From Pristiophorus japonicus (Eukaryota), in the NCBI RefSeq assembly GCF_044704955.1, contig NC_091984.1, positions 106,392,001-106,456,000 on the forward strand: a stretch of 64,000 nucleotides of DNA. Reading direction: 5' to 3'. Shown piece after piece: positions 1-12,441 of this stretch. Made by a program: the position numbers and the translations under genes. Under the pieces are notes generated by a model. The model saw only the letters and a list, made by a program, of their open reading frames with translations, did not search any database and had not been told where the DNA came from. Each line of letters opens with the position of its first letter. Position 1 is the stretch's first letter.

Positions 1-1815
1 AGGGTATCCTTGAAGCGTTTTTTCTGCCTCCTGGGGCTCGCCTGCCGTGACATAGCTCGGAGTTTTGGGAGTCTAGTATCGGGCACGCAGACAATGTGGC
101 CGCCTGTCCACCGGAACTGGTCGAGCGTGGTCAATGCCTCAATGCTGGGGATGTTGGCCTGAGAGAAAACGCAGACGTTGGTGCACATATCCTGCCAATG
201 AATTTGCAGGATTTTGCGGAGGCAGCGTTTGGGCTACTTCTCCAGTGCTTTGAGGTGCCTACTGTATATAGTCCATGTCTCTGAAGCATATAGGAGGGCG
301 GGTATCACTATTGCTCTGTAGACCATGAGCTTGGTGCCGGGTTTGAGATCCTGGTCTTCAAACACTCTTTTCCTCAGGCAGCCGAACGCTGGCACACTGA
401 AGGCGGTGTTGGACTGTCTGCCACAGGGAAAATCATCCTCAATCGTCTCCTCCCAGTGGCTGAAGAGCTCCTCCCAGAGTCGCAATGCGGATTCCGCCCA
501 CTAAGGGGCACAACGGATATGATCTTCACCGCGCAACATATCCAAGAAAAAGGAGCAGCATCAACCTCTGTACAAGGCTTTCTTTGACCTCACAAAGGCC
601 TTCGACTCTGTCAACCATGAGGGATTATGGAGTGTCCTTCTCAAATTCAGCTGTCATCAAAAATTTGTCACCATCCTCCGCCTGCTTCATGATGACATGC
701 AAGCCGTGATTCTTACCAACGGATCCACCACAGACCCAATACAAGTGCAGACCGGAGTCAATTAAGGCTGTGTCATCGTACCAACGCTCTTCTCAATCTT
801 CTTCGCTGCAATGCTTCATCTCACCTTTAACAAGCTCCCCGCTGGAGTGGAGTTAATCTACAGGACAAGCGGTAAATCTTGCTACAGCTATACAAGGTAT
901 TGGTGAGGCCACACCTGGAATACTGCATGCAGTTTTGGTTTCCATATTTACGGAAGGATATACTTGCTTTGGAGGCAGTTCAGAGAAGGTTCACTAGGTT
1001 GATTCCAGAGATGAGGTGGTTGACTTATGAGGAAAGGTTGAGTAGGTTGGGCCTCTACTCATTGGAATTCGGAAGAATGAGAGGTGATCTTGTCGAAATG
1101 TATAAGATTATGAGGGGGCTTGATAAGGTGGATGCAGAGAGAATGTTTCCACTGATGGGGGAGACTAGAACTAGAGGGCATGATCTTAGAATAAGGGGCC
1201 GCCCATTTAAAACAGAGATGAGGAGGAATTTCTTCTCTCAGAGGGTTGTAAATCTGTGGAATTCGCTGCCTCAGAGAGCTGTGGAAGCTGAGACATTGAA
1301 TAAATTTAAGACAGAAATAGACCGTTTCTTAAATGATAAGGGGATAAGGGGTAACGGGGAGCGGGCAGGGAAGTGGAGCTGAGTCCATGATCAGATCAAC
1401 CATGATCTTATTGAATGGCGGAGCAGTCTCGAGCGGCTGCATGGTCTACTCCTGTTCCTATTTCTTATGCCCTTATGTAAATTGTTCAACCTCTGACGCC
1501 GCCTGTCCAGATCCAAGGTTGTTCCAATTTCTGTCACTGAATTACAATATGCAGATGACAGAGATTGGAACAACCTTGTGTTTGTGTACACTCGGAGTCC
1601 GAACTCCAAACCATCGTTGACACCTTCACTGAAGCGTGCGAGTCTGGGCCTTACGTTAAACATTAGTAAGTCAAAGGTTCTCTACCAACCTGTCCCTGCC
1701 ACACAGTACTGCTCCCTGACTTTCAAGATCTATGACGAGACCTTGGACAATATGGACCACTTCCCATACCTTGGGAGCCTACTATCAGCAAGGACAGACA
1801 TCGATGACGACATAG
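1..1815. mobile_element. RTE-clade LINE with 5' inversion (3' part on minus 1-~414, RT part on plus ~415-1815), interrupted by a CR1
   Basis: Minus part encodes FGCLRKRVFEDQDLKPGTKLMVYRAIVIPALLY. Plus part encodes RT motifs (DLTKAFD, ELQYADD, FPYLGSLLS...DIDDD). Both align to the RTE at 58.6-61.4 kb. Confidence 0.85.
878..1477 (+). mobile_element. CR1 LINE 3' fragment inserted into the RTE
   Basis: ORF LYKVLVRPHLEYC...RRMRGDL...TRGH (CR1 ORF2 C-terminus), CR1 3'UTR ending TTCTTATG-like tail, and apparent TSD TAAAT on both sides. Confidence 0.9.
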
Positions 1816-4430
1816 TACATAGATAGCAGGGGCAAGCATGACAAGGGAGAATATGAAGAGATTAGGAGAGAAGTCAAAAACAATTAGGAAGGCAAAGAGG
1901 AACTATGAAATTAAATTATCAAGCAACATTAAACAAAATAGTAAAATATTCTACCGGCACAAAGATAAAAAAAAGGAAAGTCAGGATGGGAATAGGGCTT
2001 TTGAAGGACAGGATAAAATCACAGGCAGTGATTGCAAAATCGCAGAAATATTAAATCATTATTTTGCTTCAGTATTTTCTAGGGAAACGGATCAGATAGA
2101 AATAACATTGGAAGATGCTATTAGAAATGATATAGTCACATTAAATTAAAAAGGATAAATATTAAATAAACTAAATCAAATTCAAAGAGGATAAAACTTC
2201 TGGTCCAGACAGATTGCATCCGTGCGTTTTAAAAGAATCTGAGGAAAAGATAGCAGATTACACATATTTAATAATTTGTTAGAAAAAGGTGTAGTGCCAG
2301 ACTGCAGATACCTATATTTAAGAAAGGAGATAGAACATATACAGGGAACTTTAGACCACCCAGCTTAACATCGGTGGTGGGAAAGATAATGAAATCTGTT
2401 AAAGGAAAAATACACAAACATCTAGAAAACAGAAATATAGTAATGAATAGTCAGCATGGATTTCAAAAGGGAAAGTCTTGCTTGACCAACCTCATTGAAT
2501 TCTTTGAAGAAGGAACAGAGTAGACAAGGGTAATGTAGTAGATGTAATACATCTAGATTTCCAAAACACCTTTTGATGAGGTAACAGAGAGGGTTGATGA
2601 GGGTAATGCGGTTGACGTAGTGTACATTGATTTCCCAAAGGCATTCGACGAAGTGCCACATAATAGGCATGCCAGCAAAGTTGAAGCCCATGGAATAAAA
2701 GGGACAGTGGTAGCACGGATACGGAATTGGCTAAGTGACAGGAAACAAAGAGTAGTGGTGAATGGTTGTTTTTCACACTGGAGGAAGGTAATACAGTGGT
2801 GTTCCCCAAGGGTTGGTTCTAGGACCACTGCTTTTCTTGATATATATTAATGACTTGGACATGGATGTACAGGGCATAATTTCAAAATTTGCAGATGACA
2901 CAAAACTTGGAAGTATAGTGAACAGTGAGGAGGAGAGTGATCGACTTCAGGAAGACAAAGGCAGGTTAGTGAACTGGGCGGACACGTGGCAATTGAAAAC
3001 TAACGCAGAAAAGTGAAGTGATACATTTTGGCAGAAAGAATGAGGAGAGGACATATAAACAAAATGGTACAATCTTGAAGGGTGTGCACAAACAGAGACC
3101 TGGGGGTATGTATGCACAAATCGTTGAAGGTGGCAGGGAAGATTGAGAAAGCAATTAAAAGAGGCTTACGGGATCCTGGGCTTCATAAATAGAGGTATAG
3201 AATACAAAAGTGTGGAAATTATTAATCTGTATAAAACAACTGGAGTACGGTGTCCAATTTTGAGCACCACACTTTAGGAAGGATGTGAAGCCCTCAGAGA
3301 AAATTTACGAGAATGATTCCCGGAAGGAGGGACTTCAGTTACGTTGATAGACTGGAGAAGCTGGGGTTGTTCTCCTTGGAGCAGAGAAGATTGAGGGGAG
3401 ATTTGACAGAGGTGTTCAAAATCATGCGGGGTTTGGACAGAGTAGAGGGAAACTGCTCCCATTGGCAGAAGGGTCGAGAACCAGAGCACACAAATTTATG
3501 ATTGGCAAAAGAACCAAAGGCAGCGTAAGGAAAACATTTTTTATGTAGCGAGTGGTTAAGATCTGGAATGCACTGCCTGAAAGGGTGGTGGAGGCTGACT
3601 CAATCTTATCTTTCAAAAGGGAGTTGGATAAGTTACTGAAGGAAAAAGATTTGCAGGGCTATGGGGAAAGGGCATGGGAGTAGGACTAGCTGAGAGCTAG
3701 CACGAGTTCGATGGGCCAAATTGCCTTCTTCCGTGCTGTAACCATTCTATGATTCTGTGATAAGATAGCACATAATAGACTAATGAATAAGGTCAGGGGA
3801 CAGGTAGCAGAATGGAAAGCTAGCAGGTGGCAAGATAGAAAGCAGAGAGTAAAGGGTAGCTATTTCAGAGTGGCTGAAGGTGGGAAGTGGGGCCCCACAA
3901 GGATCAGTGCTGGAACCAATGTTGTTCACAATATATATTAACGATTTAGACTTTGGAATCAAATTCACGGCGACACCAAATTTGCGTGGAATAGTCAATA
4001 TTGAGGAGAACTCTAACAAATTACAAGAGGACATTAAGGAACTTTTAATGATGTGTCTCTGCACCACAAGAACCTTTTGCTCCATTACCCCATTTAGACT
4101 CTTATTTTCCAGAGTACATGGTCTCCTTAATCTTCCTGCCAAAATGCACCACCTCACACTTATCTGTATTGAAATTAATTTGCCAATTACACACCTGTTC
4201 ACGCAAATTTATTAATGTTTATCAATAGTTTAAAAAAAAGTTGGACAGATACTTGAGAATTAGGAACTTGCAGAACAAAAAGCAGGGGTGGGACTAAGCA
4301 CGACTGCTCTTTCAAAGAGCCAGCACAGGGCCGAATGGCCTGTTTATATGTAAGTTTCTATGATTCAATTAATGTCTTCTTGTCATTTGTTGCAGTCTTC
4401 CTCAGTATTGACTATTATACCTCCCAACCT
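1816..4430 (+). mobile_element. Cluster of nested, degenerate CR1 LINE fragments (mostly plus; ~4050-4215 and ~4365-4430 minus)
   Basis: RT motifs [37 protein letters not shown], and CR1 3'UTR/tails (ATTCTATGATTCT at ~3745). Frameshifts and stops throughout. Confidence 0.85.
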
Positions 4431-4781
4431 AAGGTTAAATACATTTGTGTGACATACAGAATGGATTCCTTATAAAGGACCCCATGGTACAACCTGAAGG
4501 AGCAAACCTTCCTCGCAAACAGTGGACAATCATCAATCACCTCAGAACTGGTCATGGTAAATGCTGCCACCTTCTCCATAGATAGAAGATTAAAGTGGTT
4601 ATACCGGAAGCTTTGCGCTGGATATCTGACTTAGATATTGAACATTTGATTTGCTTTGCTACTACCATACAAAAGAATACATATTTATAGCAATCCTAAC
4701 GTTCAGGCTCTTTTGAGGCCAGATATTGAAGTGACTACCAAGGACACCTGTCCTCTTATAATTACTGAGTAGTTGCCATAC

Positions 4782-4934
4782 TTCACTATTTGGTGCTGTA
4801 TTCGCATGTTCCCCACAGAAACGCTTGCCTTCTGCAGCAATCATTTTGCAATATCTCTTCTTCTTTTCCACAAAGTACCCGCATTTTCCTGGCAGGGGCG
4901 CCTGGATGCTATTTGTAGCCGTCTCGCCGGCCAT
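4782..4934 (-). CDS. TRMT13: TRMT13 (tRNA:m4X 2'-O-methyltransferase) first coding exon; gene continues beyond the left edge of the window
   Basis: ATG at 4934 gives MAGETATNSIQAPLPGKCGYFVEKKKRYCKMIAAEGKRFCGEHANTAPNSE, matching the N-terminal CCCH zinc finger of vertebrate TRMT13 (CGYxVEKKKRxCxM...GKRFCGEH). Followed by a phase-0 GTATGG donor at 4781. Divergent from SASS6, as in human. Confidence 0.93.
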
Positions 4935-5342
4935 GCTGGCACCGAGCGGGGCAGCAGCAACGACTGTACGAGTATGCCCCAAAACGGAGGCCTATGCCAC
5001 GGGCTGCCGTTTTCCAGATCGATCCCCGCACAAAGTCGGTTGGAAGGACGAGCGAAATAACGTGTTCTACCTCGAGAGATGCCTAGCGGCCGCTCAGTAT
5101 ACAAGGGTTTACCAAGCAAGTTTAAAAGTAGCGCGCTTTGCAGCCGCCGCTTCTAAACTATCCGGTGTGAACGGTCACCTGAGCCAGGCAGCCCTTTGCC
5201 AAGGACCAGAGGTCAAAGATCAGAGGGTTGCGAGGCCCCGCCCCCCGGACACCAACGGCCGTGCGCGAGGCCGCGGCGCCAAGTTTTGAATCCGGAGGAT
5301 GGCAGCGGGAGCGGCCTAGGCCGCGATTAGGGTGAACTCACA
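4935..5342. promoter_or_regulatory. Bidirectional CpG-rich promoter/5'UTR region shared by TRMT13 and SASS6
   Basis: The two start codons (4934 minus, 5343 plus) are separated by ~408 bp. CpG-rich compared with its flanks. GC box GGCCCCGCCCCC at ~5234-5245. Confidence 0.85.
5275..5290 (+). promoter_or_regulatory. CDE/CHR-like cell-cycle element (GGCGCC-N4-TTTGAA)
   Basis: GGCGCC at 5275-5280, a 4-nt spacer AAGT, then TTTGAA at 5285-5290, ~50 bp upstream of the SASS6 ATG. This is the canonical CDE-N4-CHR geometry. Confidence 0.6.
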
Positions 5343-5407
5343 ATGAGCCGGCAACTCTTCAGCCAGATCGTGGGGGTGACCGTTAAATGCAAAGACTGCG
5401 AGGAGAG
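5343..5407 (+). CDS. SASS6: SAS-6 centriolar assembly protein, coding exon 1
   Basis: MSRQLFSQIVGVTVKCKDCEER matches vertebrate SAS-6 N-terminus (..VKCKDCEERR). 65 nt, donor GTAAAA. Confidence 0.95.
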
Positions 5408-5875
5408 GTAAAACCGCCGCTGATTCAGGGAGCCGCGGCCCTCCCGGGGGTGGGTGGGACGTGATTGAATACAACCTGGCTGCTGCAGGAAGGTTGGCGG
5501 CTCGATGTCTGCCGATTGGGACAGCGGACTGGCGGGCAGCTGGTGTAGGTGCTGTGCTCTGTTGTGCTGTTTACGTTCTAGATCCCAGATTATTCAATTA
5601 GGTTTTATGTTTTTTTTCAAATGAAGCTTGTCTCACTCCCAATGGACTGAGGCTCCCATCCACCCATGCTATTATGCTTTAAAAATGTCGCCTATTTTGA
5701 TGTATATCACTCTTTAAATTTGCTTGTGATCAGTCTCATCCTTTTTTCTTCTAAATCCAGATCCTGACAGTTGCCTGACATTGACAACTGTGCTATAAAT
5801 GGTAATAGAGTCTGCACTGTTCCATGATCATAGAAACATTAAAGTATGCAAAATCATAGTCTCAATCTCACCACT

Positions 5876-6574
5876 TCAGGTAGGTTTCCTGGAGGAGGCA
5901 CTCGCCTGCACTGGATCTATTACTTGGCTGTACCCAGGGCTATCTTTCCATCTTTCTGTGTGCCAGTAAGCACTGGGAAAGATTTGTGAGACATATGACC
6001 TTGTTATAAGCTCCTCCGCCACAAAAACACTCACTGCACCTCCGCCACGATCTCGCGCCGCACCTCCACACCAAACATTCGCCGAACCTCCGTCACGATC
6101 ATCCATCAAATCTCGGCCATGATCCCTCATCACTCCTCCGCCCCAATCAGTTGCCACACTTTCATCACGACCTTCCCACTCCTCTGCTGAACCTGGGCCC
6201 AGCCGATGTTCTTGCCCATGCTCCAAACGGCGAGGGTCCTGATGATGTCCCCCAGTTGCCGATCTCGAAGCCGTCGCAATTTGTGTCAGCTCGCACTGGA
6301 AGCTGCAATGGCATGCTCCAGCTCTTTTTATAGCCCCGACTTGTGGAGATATTCTCTTGCAGGTTGGGGTGGCCCACAATGTCCCAGGACCTGGTGCTCC
6401 AGCTCTTTTTATAGCCCCGACCTGCAAGAGAACCTGTGGAGATGTTCTCTCGCAGGTCGGAGTGGCCCAAGATGTCCCAAAGCCCGGCGCTCCAGCTCTT
6501 TGAAGCATCTGTGAACTCGTGGAAGCAAGTCATCCTCGTTCGAGGGACCGCCTATGATGATGATGATGATGATG
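5876..6574. mobile_element. Non-autonomous element with RTE-type 3' tail and internal TATA-containing tandem units
   Basis: Ends GGAAGCAAGTCATCCTCGTTCGAGGGACCGCCTA(TGA)n, like the RTE tails at 21.1, 22.0, 33.4 and 56.1 kb. Three GCTCCAGCTCTT units at 6315, 6396 and 6489. Left boundary approximate. Confidence 0.6.
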
Positions 6575-7119
6575 TTATAAGTGTTGTGGTTTGCACCTAT
6601 ATAGTATACAAAAAATGTAAGTGATGCTTGGGTAAGTGATACACAAGAAAAGTAGAAGAACTAATTGTGATCTAGTGCTAATCACTTACTAGCAATTGTT
6701 TAAGGAACCGTATTGGCATAAGAACTCCATGCAAGACTGCAGTCTGCTCTTTGCTGAGGAGACTTTGAAGGGAATGAAAAATAAATAAAAAAAAGGCACC
6801 CTTTTATGATGTCTGAGGTAACATTTTGGGAAAGATCCACATTCAGTCTGTTGTCAGCTCATTTGGGGTTAATGCTTCTGATTGCTATACAATGAACTCT
6901 GCTGGAAGAGAGAGTGTGTTTGTATGTGGCTTTAGTTACACTGTATGTATACACACAAGTACTCAAAGGTTATCTCAGTAAGGGATGTAAGGCCATTGGG
7001 AGGGGAGGGTATAGATGAAAAGAAAATTCAAGAAAACATGAAAGAAGCTCAGCCTTTGAAGCAGCACACTTCATTCCATACTATTTTGTTATGTAACCTG
7101 GTGCATGTAATTCAAGTTG

Positions 7120-8170
7120 CTATCCCTTTTAAAACAGCTGTCATCACTCCCCTTTTCAAAAATCACACTCTCAACCCTCTGCCTGCAAACTACTGCCCTA
7201 TTTCAACTTTCCTTTCCTCTCTAAAGACCTTGAACATGTTGTCGCCTCCCAAATCCGTGCCTGGCACAGCACCAAAATGTCCCTAACCAAAATCACTAAT
7301 AACATTCCCTGTGACTGCTGCAATAGCCCTCCTCATCGTCTATGACTTTATGCAGCCTTTCACATAATTGACCACACCATCCTTCTCCAGTGCCTCTTCT
7401 CCCTGGTCCAGTTCAGTTGGACTGCCCTTGCTTAGTTCCACATCTCCACACCATTACTTCTAGGGTACCTCAAGGGTCTATTCTTACCCATCTCTTCCTC
7501 ATTTACATCTTCCTCATCTGTCCCTTGGTGACATCATCCAAAGAAAGTGGGTCAGCTTCCACATGTATGCTGAAGAAACCCAGTTCTATCTCTCCAGCAA
7601 CTCTCTTGATCCCACCACTATCTCTGTGTTGTCAGACTGCGTGCCTGACATCCAGTCTTGGAGAAGCCACCATTTCCTCCAGTTAACCATTGGGAAGACT
7701 GAAGCCACTGTCTTCAGCATTCGTCATTGCCATGGATTCCATCCCCCTCCTTGACTATTGTCTCAGGTTGAACCTGACTGTTCACAACCTCAGTGTTCTA
7801 TTTAACTCTGAACAGAGCTTCTGACCCCATATCCTCTTCATCACAAAGATTGTCTGCTGCTACCTTTGTAACATAGCCTGTCTTCGCCCCTTCATCAGCA
7901 CAGCTGTGGCTGAAACCTTCACCTATGCCTGTCACCTCCAGACTTAACTATTCCAATATCCTCCTGGCCAGCTACCCATCTTCTGTTCTTCATAAACTTC
8001 AGCTCATCCAAAGCTTTTAAGAGCGTGGGAGTGGGACTAACTGGATTGTTCTTCAAAAGAGCTGGCGCTGACTCAATGAGCCGAATGACCTCCTTCTGTG
8101 CTGTACTATACTATGATTCTATCGTATTCCACATCAAATCCCACTCGACTATTACCAGTGTCTTTGCCGA
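7120..8170 (+). mobile_element. L2 LINE fragment (with a short CR1 3' tail at ~8020-8120)
   Basis: FKTAVITPLFK...LPANYCPIS, RVPQGSIL, MYAEETQFYLS, WRSHHFLQLTIGKTEA are L2-type RT motifs, degenerate. Confidence 0.8.
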
Positions 8171-8944
8171 AAGGAATTTCAGGTGTGGCTGAGATACCTG
8201 TACTAACATATTGAGAGCTTTGTGCCTGGCTGTTAAATTTTAACTGCTGTGAGACCATGCGTTCTTAGTCTCTAAAAATTTGAATCAACTCAGTAAATTT
8301 AGGATCTTGCAGCTTAACCTGCAGCATGAACAGACCCAAAGATCTTACTGACATAGTGCATGAGGAAACTACTGCTACTCGATAACTAGCTTTTCAGAAA
8401 ACTTCCTAATTGAAAATAACAGGCAAGAGACATGGAATAGTGGGTACAGCTGGATGGGAAATTGGATTAAAAGCAGAAAACGGAGCCATAAATGGGAACT
8501 TTTCAAACTGCAAAGAAGTTACAAGTGATGTATGCTAGGATCCAGTCTTTGGGTCTTTGTTTTTATCCCCTTTTGAACTTTTATTTATATAAAATTCTTA
8601 AGGAATAACTAATGAAACATGCAGTGAAAATGTGGATTCAGAGTAGAATCAGGTGACTGGTTCGCTTAGCAATAACCATTTCTTTCAATAAGAGTCATCA
8701 ATAAAGATTCCATCAAATATATTATAGACTAATCTCATTGAGGAGATGAAAAACAGAATGCCCAGCACCAATCCCAGGAACATCTTGGATGAGGACTGGG
8801 ATCTGTGCACATCTTGCATCAAAATTGTAGAAAAGGAATTGAAACCCTCAAAAGCACAAGAGGGGACAATTAAAGATAGATTCAAACTGGACAATCCTCC
8901 AAGGTTCATCAGTTTAAATGGAGAGTGGAGCCAATTAGAATGAT

Positions 8945-9590
8945 GCCAAGGATGACGTGTTGGAATTCATGCCAATAGGAGGCCAGCAGAGAGCGTATTA
9001 GAGTAGTCAAGTCAACTATAAGGGTTTTAGCACTGGAGGGTCTGACATGGGGCAGAGGCGGGCAATATTGCGGAGGTGAAGTAAGCAGTTGATAATGGAC
9101 GGTATGTAGGGTTTAATGCTCAGATTAGGGTTGAACAGGACTCCCAAGATTTCAATCTATCTGGTTCAGCCTGAGGTGGTGGCTGGGGAGTGGGATAGAG
9201 TTTGTGGCAAAGATGCAGAGTTTGTGGCAAAGATGCAGAGTTTGTGGCAAAGATGCAGAGTTAGTGGCATAGGTCTTCCTGCCAGAGAACCAGTCTGACA
9301 GCACAGAGGCAGTCGAGGGGTCACCAGTGATGGTGGAGTGATGGAACTGGGTGTCACCAGTGCATGTGTGAAAGCTGATCCCAAGTCTGGATGATGTTGC
9401 TAAGGGGTTGCATAAGATAAGGAGACGATGTGGCAAAAGATAGATCGTTAGGGGACTCTGAAGGTGACAGTGTAGGAGAGGAAAGAGAAGCCAATGTTGG
9501 GGATGCACGGCTACAATTGAATAGTTAGAAATGAAACCATGCAATGGAAGCCTCGTAGAGGTGGACGATGGAGAGGCGGCTTTGGAGAAG
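8945..9590 (-). mobile_element. L2 LINE fragment containing a 20-bp tandem triplication
   Basis: Minus-strand GISFHTCTGDTQFH...TASVLSDW motif. AGAGTTTGTGGCAAAGATGC x3 plus a partial copy at ~9197-9269. Confidence 0.65.
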
Positions 9591-9857
9591 GATGGCTTCC
9601 TGCTGCTTGTCCATCTGAGACCATCTACTGCTCCAGGTCCCATTAATGAGCCTGATAAGTCATCAACAATGCCCTGATATAATATGGCCTGCTTAGCTCA
9701 GGTATCAGATTACTAAGTCTGCTACAGAATTGGTTTCAATCTTCTGTCACCAAGCATGTCATCATGGAGGCACCTTGACTCCAAAAAGACTCAATCCTCC
9801 CCAAAAAGGAGAGCTTTTTGCATTTGGTTACATTTTTTAAAAAACATTTATTTGCAG

Positions 9858-9918
9858 GAGAACAAGTATTCGAGTGACTGTTGAGCTGCATTGTGCTTCT
9901 AACCCCGTTTATAAAAAG
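9858..9918 (+). CDS. SASS6: SAS-6 coding exon 2
   Basis: tttgcag|G RTSIRVTVELHCASNPVYKK |gtcagt. 61 nt, phase consistent with exon 1. Confidence 0.95.
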
Positions 9919-9980
9919 GTCAGTGTTTTTTTCATCTTTTAGAACAAAATTTGGTTCTCATGTATGTTTAAAAAGTCTTG

Positions 9981-10596
9981 GAGCTAGAATTTCCACAAAA
10001 TCCGCCACTGCCGGTTTGCCGCCCAAAAAACCGTTAAGCTTATTAAATTAACACCGGCGAAAATTTGATCAAAAAAAGGAAAAAATTCTGCCTGGCGGGA
10101 AAAATGGGTCTTGCAGGCGGATTCTCGGTGGAAACCCCGATCCTGGGCAAATTAGGCAGTACTTACTCAAATTTAGTCTGCGGCTGTGGGTTGGGCCTAG
10201 GGAGGGCGGTGGGGGGGGGGGGTGGGTGGGAAACAAAAAAATATTTTTCTAAAACAAAATCAGAAAACATTCGCTGGACCCTTTTCCACTTAATCAATGT
10301 AAAAGAATTAAAAAAAAAATGTAACTTGCCTTTTTTTGCAGGGCTTCATACCTACCGCCCAGCTCCGGCTGGTTTCTCGTTGGCGTTTTTTTTCTACTCA
10401 CCTACGGGTCACTGCTGTGACCAAACTTGGGCGGTAGCGTTTTTTTCGGCGGTGCACGCTGGCGGTCCGCTTCCCAGCGGTATTTTGAGACCGCGGGCAG
10501 AACTCTTTGAAGAAATTCCTGTCGGGGGTGGTTTTCTGTTGAAAACGAAGAATACCACTGAAAAACCGGGCGGAAATGGTGCTGAATTTCTAGCCC
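9981..10596. mobile_element. Non-autonomous PIF/Harbinger element (MITE)
   Basis: Termini GAGCTAGAATTTC ... GAATTTCTAGCCC, flanked by TTG/TTA (degenerate 3-bp TSD). CpG-rich subterminal repeats. Confidence 0.75.
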
Positions 10597-12441
10597 TTAG
10601 AATATATTTGAGATCTGTTATGTTGCTTCAATTACTTCAGTTTGCTGTGTAAGCGTACGTGCCATAAAATGTTCTATCCAGTAAGAACAGAAGAAATGGG
10701 AGCAGGAGTAGGCCATTCGGCGCTTCAAGCCTGCTCCGCCATTTAATAAGATCATGGCTGATCTTTCACCTCAACTCCACCTTCTCGCACTATCCCCATA
10801 TTTCTTGATTCCCTTAGAATCCAAAATTCTATCGATCTCTGTCTTGAATATACTCAATGACTGGGCATCCACAGCTCTCTGGGGTAGATTCACAACCCTT
10901 TGAGTGAAGACATTTCTTTTCATCTCAGTCCTAAATGGCTGAGCCATTAATCTGAGACAGTAACCCCTAGTTCCAGACTCCCCAGCCAGGGGAACATCCT
11001 CCTAGCATCCATCCTGTCAAACCTTGTAAGAATTTTATATGTTTCACTTAGATTACCTCTCACTCTTCTAAACTCTAGGGGATATAGGCCTAGTCTACTC
11101 AATCTTCCCTCATAGGACAATTCCCTCATTCCAGGGATCAGTCTGGTGAACCTTCGTTGCACTGCCTTATGTAAAGAGACCAAAACTGTACACAGTACAC
11201 CAGGTGTGGTCTCACCAAGGCCCGATATAATTGTAGTAGACTTTTTTTCCTGTCATATTCCAATCCCTTTGTAATAAAGGATAACATACCATTTGCTTAC
11301 CTAATTGCCTGCTATACCTGCATGTTAACTTTCTGTGATTCATGTACAAGGACACCCAGGTCCCTCTGAATACCAACATTTGCCAATCTTTCACTATTTA
11401 AAAAATATTCTGCCTGTCTATTTTTCCTATCAAAGTGGATAACTTCACACTTCTGCACATTATATTCCATCTGCTATGTTCTTGCCCACTCACTTAATCT
11501 GTCTATATCCCTTTGCAGCCTCTTTGCGTCCTCCTCACAGCTTACATTTCCACTTAAATTTATATTGTCAGTAAACTTGGAAAAATTACACTCAGTTCCC
11601 TCATCTAAGTCATTGATGTAGATTGTAAATAGCCAAGCACTGATCCTTGTAGTACCCCACTGGTTACAGCCTGCCAACCTGATAATGACCCGTTAATTCC
11701 AACTCTCTGTTTTTTGTCCGTTAACCAATCCCCAGTCCATGCTTTTACATTAACCCCAATCCCATGAGCCCAATTTTGTGTAATAATATTATCGAATGCT
11801 TTTTGAAAATCCAAATACACTGCATCTACTGGTCCCACCTTATCTACCCTGCTAGTTACAACCTCAAAAACCTCTAACAGATATGTCATACACGATTTCC
11901 CTTTCATAAATCCGTGTTGACTCTGCCCAATCATATTATGATTTTCTAAGTTCCTTGTTACTGCGTCCCTAATAATAGATTCTAGCATTTTCCCCACTAC
12001 TGATGTTAGGCTAACTGGTCTAGAGTTCCCTGTTTTCTCTCTTCCTATCTTGAATAGTGGGGTTACGTTTGCTACTTTCCAATCTACGAGGACCATTCTA
12101 GAAACTAGGGAATTCTGGAAGATCAAAACCAATGCATCCACTATTTGTGTACCTACCTCTTTTAAAATCTTAGGATGTAGGCAATTATGTCCAGGGGATT
12201 TGTCGACTTTTAATCCGATTAATTTATCCAGTACTATTTCTTTACTAATACTAAGTTCCTTATTCTCGCTAGACCCTTGGCTACCCACTATTTACGGAAT
12301 GTTATTTGTGTCGTCTACCGTGAAAGGAGATACAAAGTATGTGTTTATTGTCCTTGCCATTTTCTTATTTCCCATTATAATTTCTCCTGTCTCTGTCTCT
12401 AAGGGACTCACGTTTACTTTTGCTAATTGCTTCCTTTTTAC

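Noticed and set aside
1-4781. TRMT13 exon 2 (expected KRIxCPLDPKH)
   Set aside because: No matching minus-strand sequence was found by eye and the region is almost all LINE. The exon probably lies outside the window.
4935-4982. Longer TRMT13 N-terminus from the upstream in-frame start at 4982
   Set aside because: The codon at 4982 is TTG, not ATG, and homology to vertebrate TRMT13 fits a start at 4934.
8685-8943. Short ORF 8746-8943 with natural-looking composition
   Set aside because: No recognisable domain or exon context, and not needed for the SASS6 frame. Probably an old repeat remnant.
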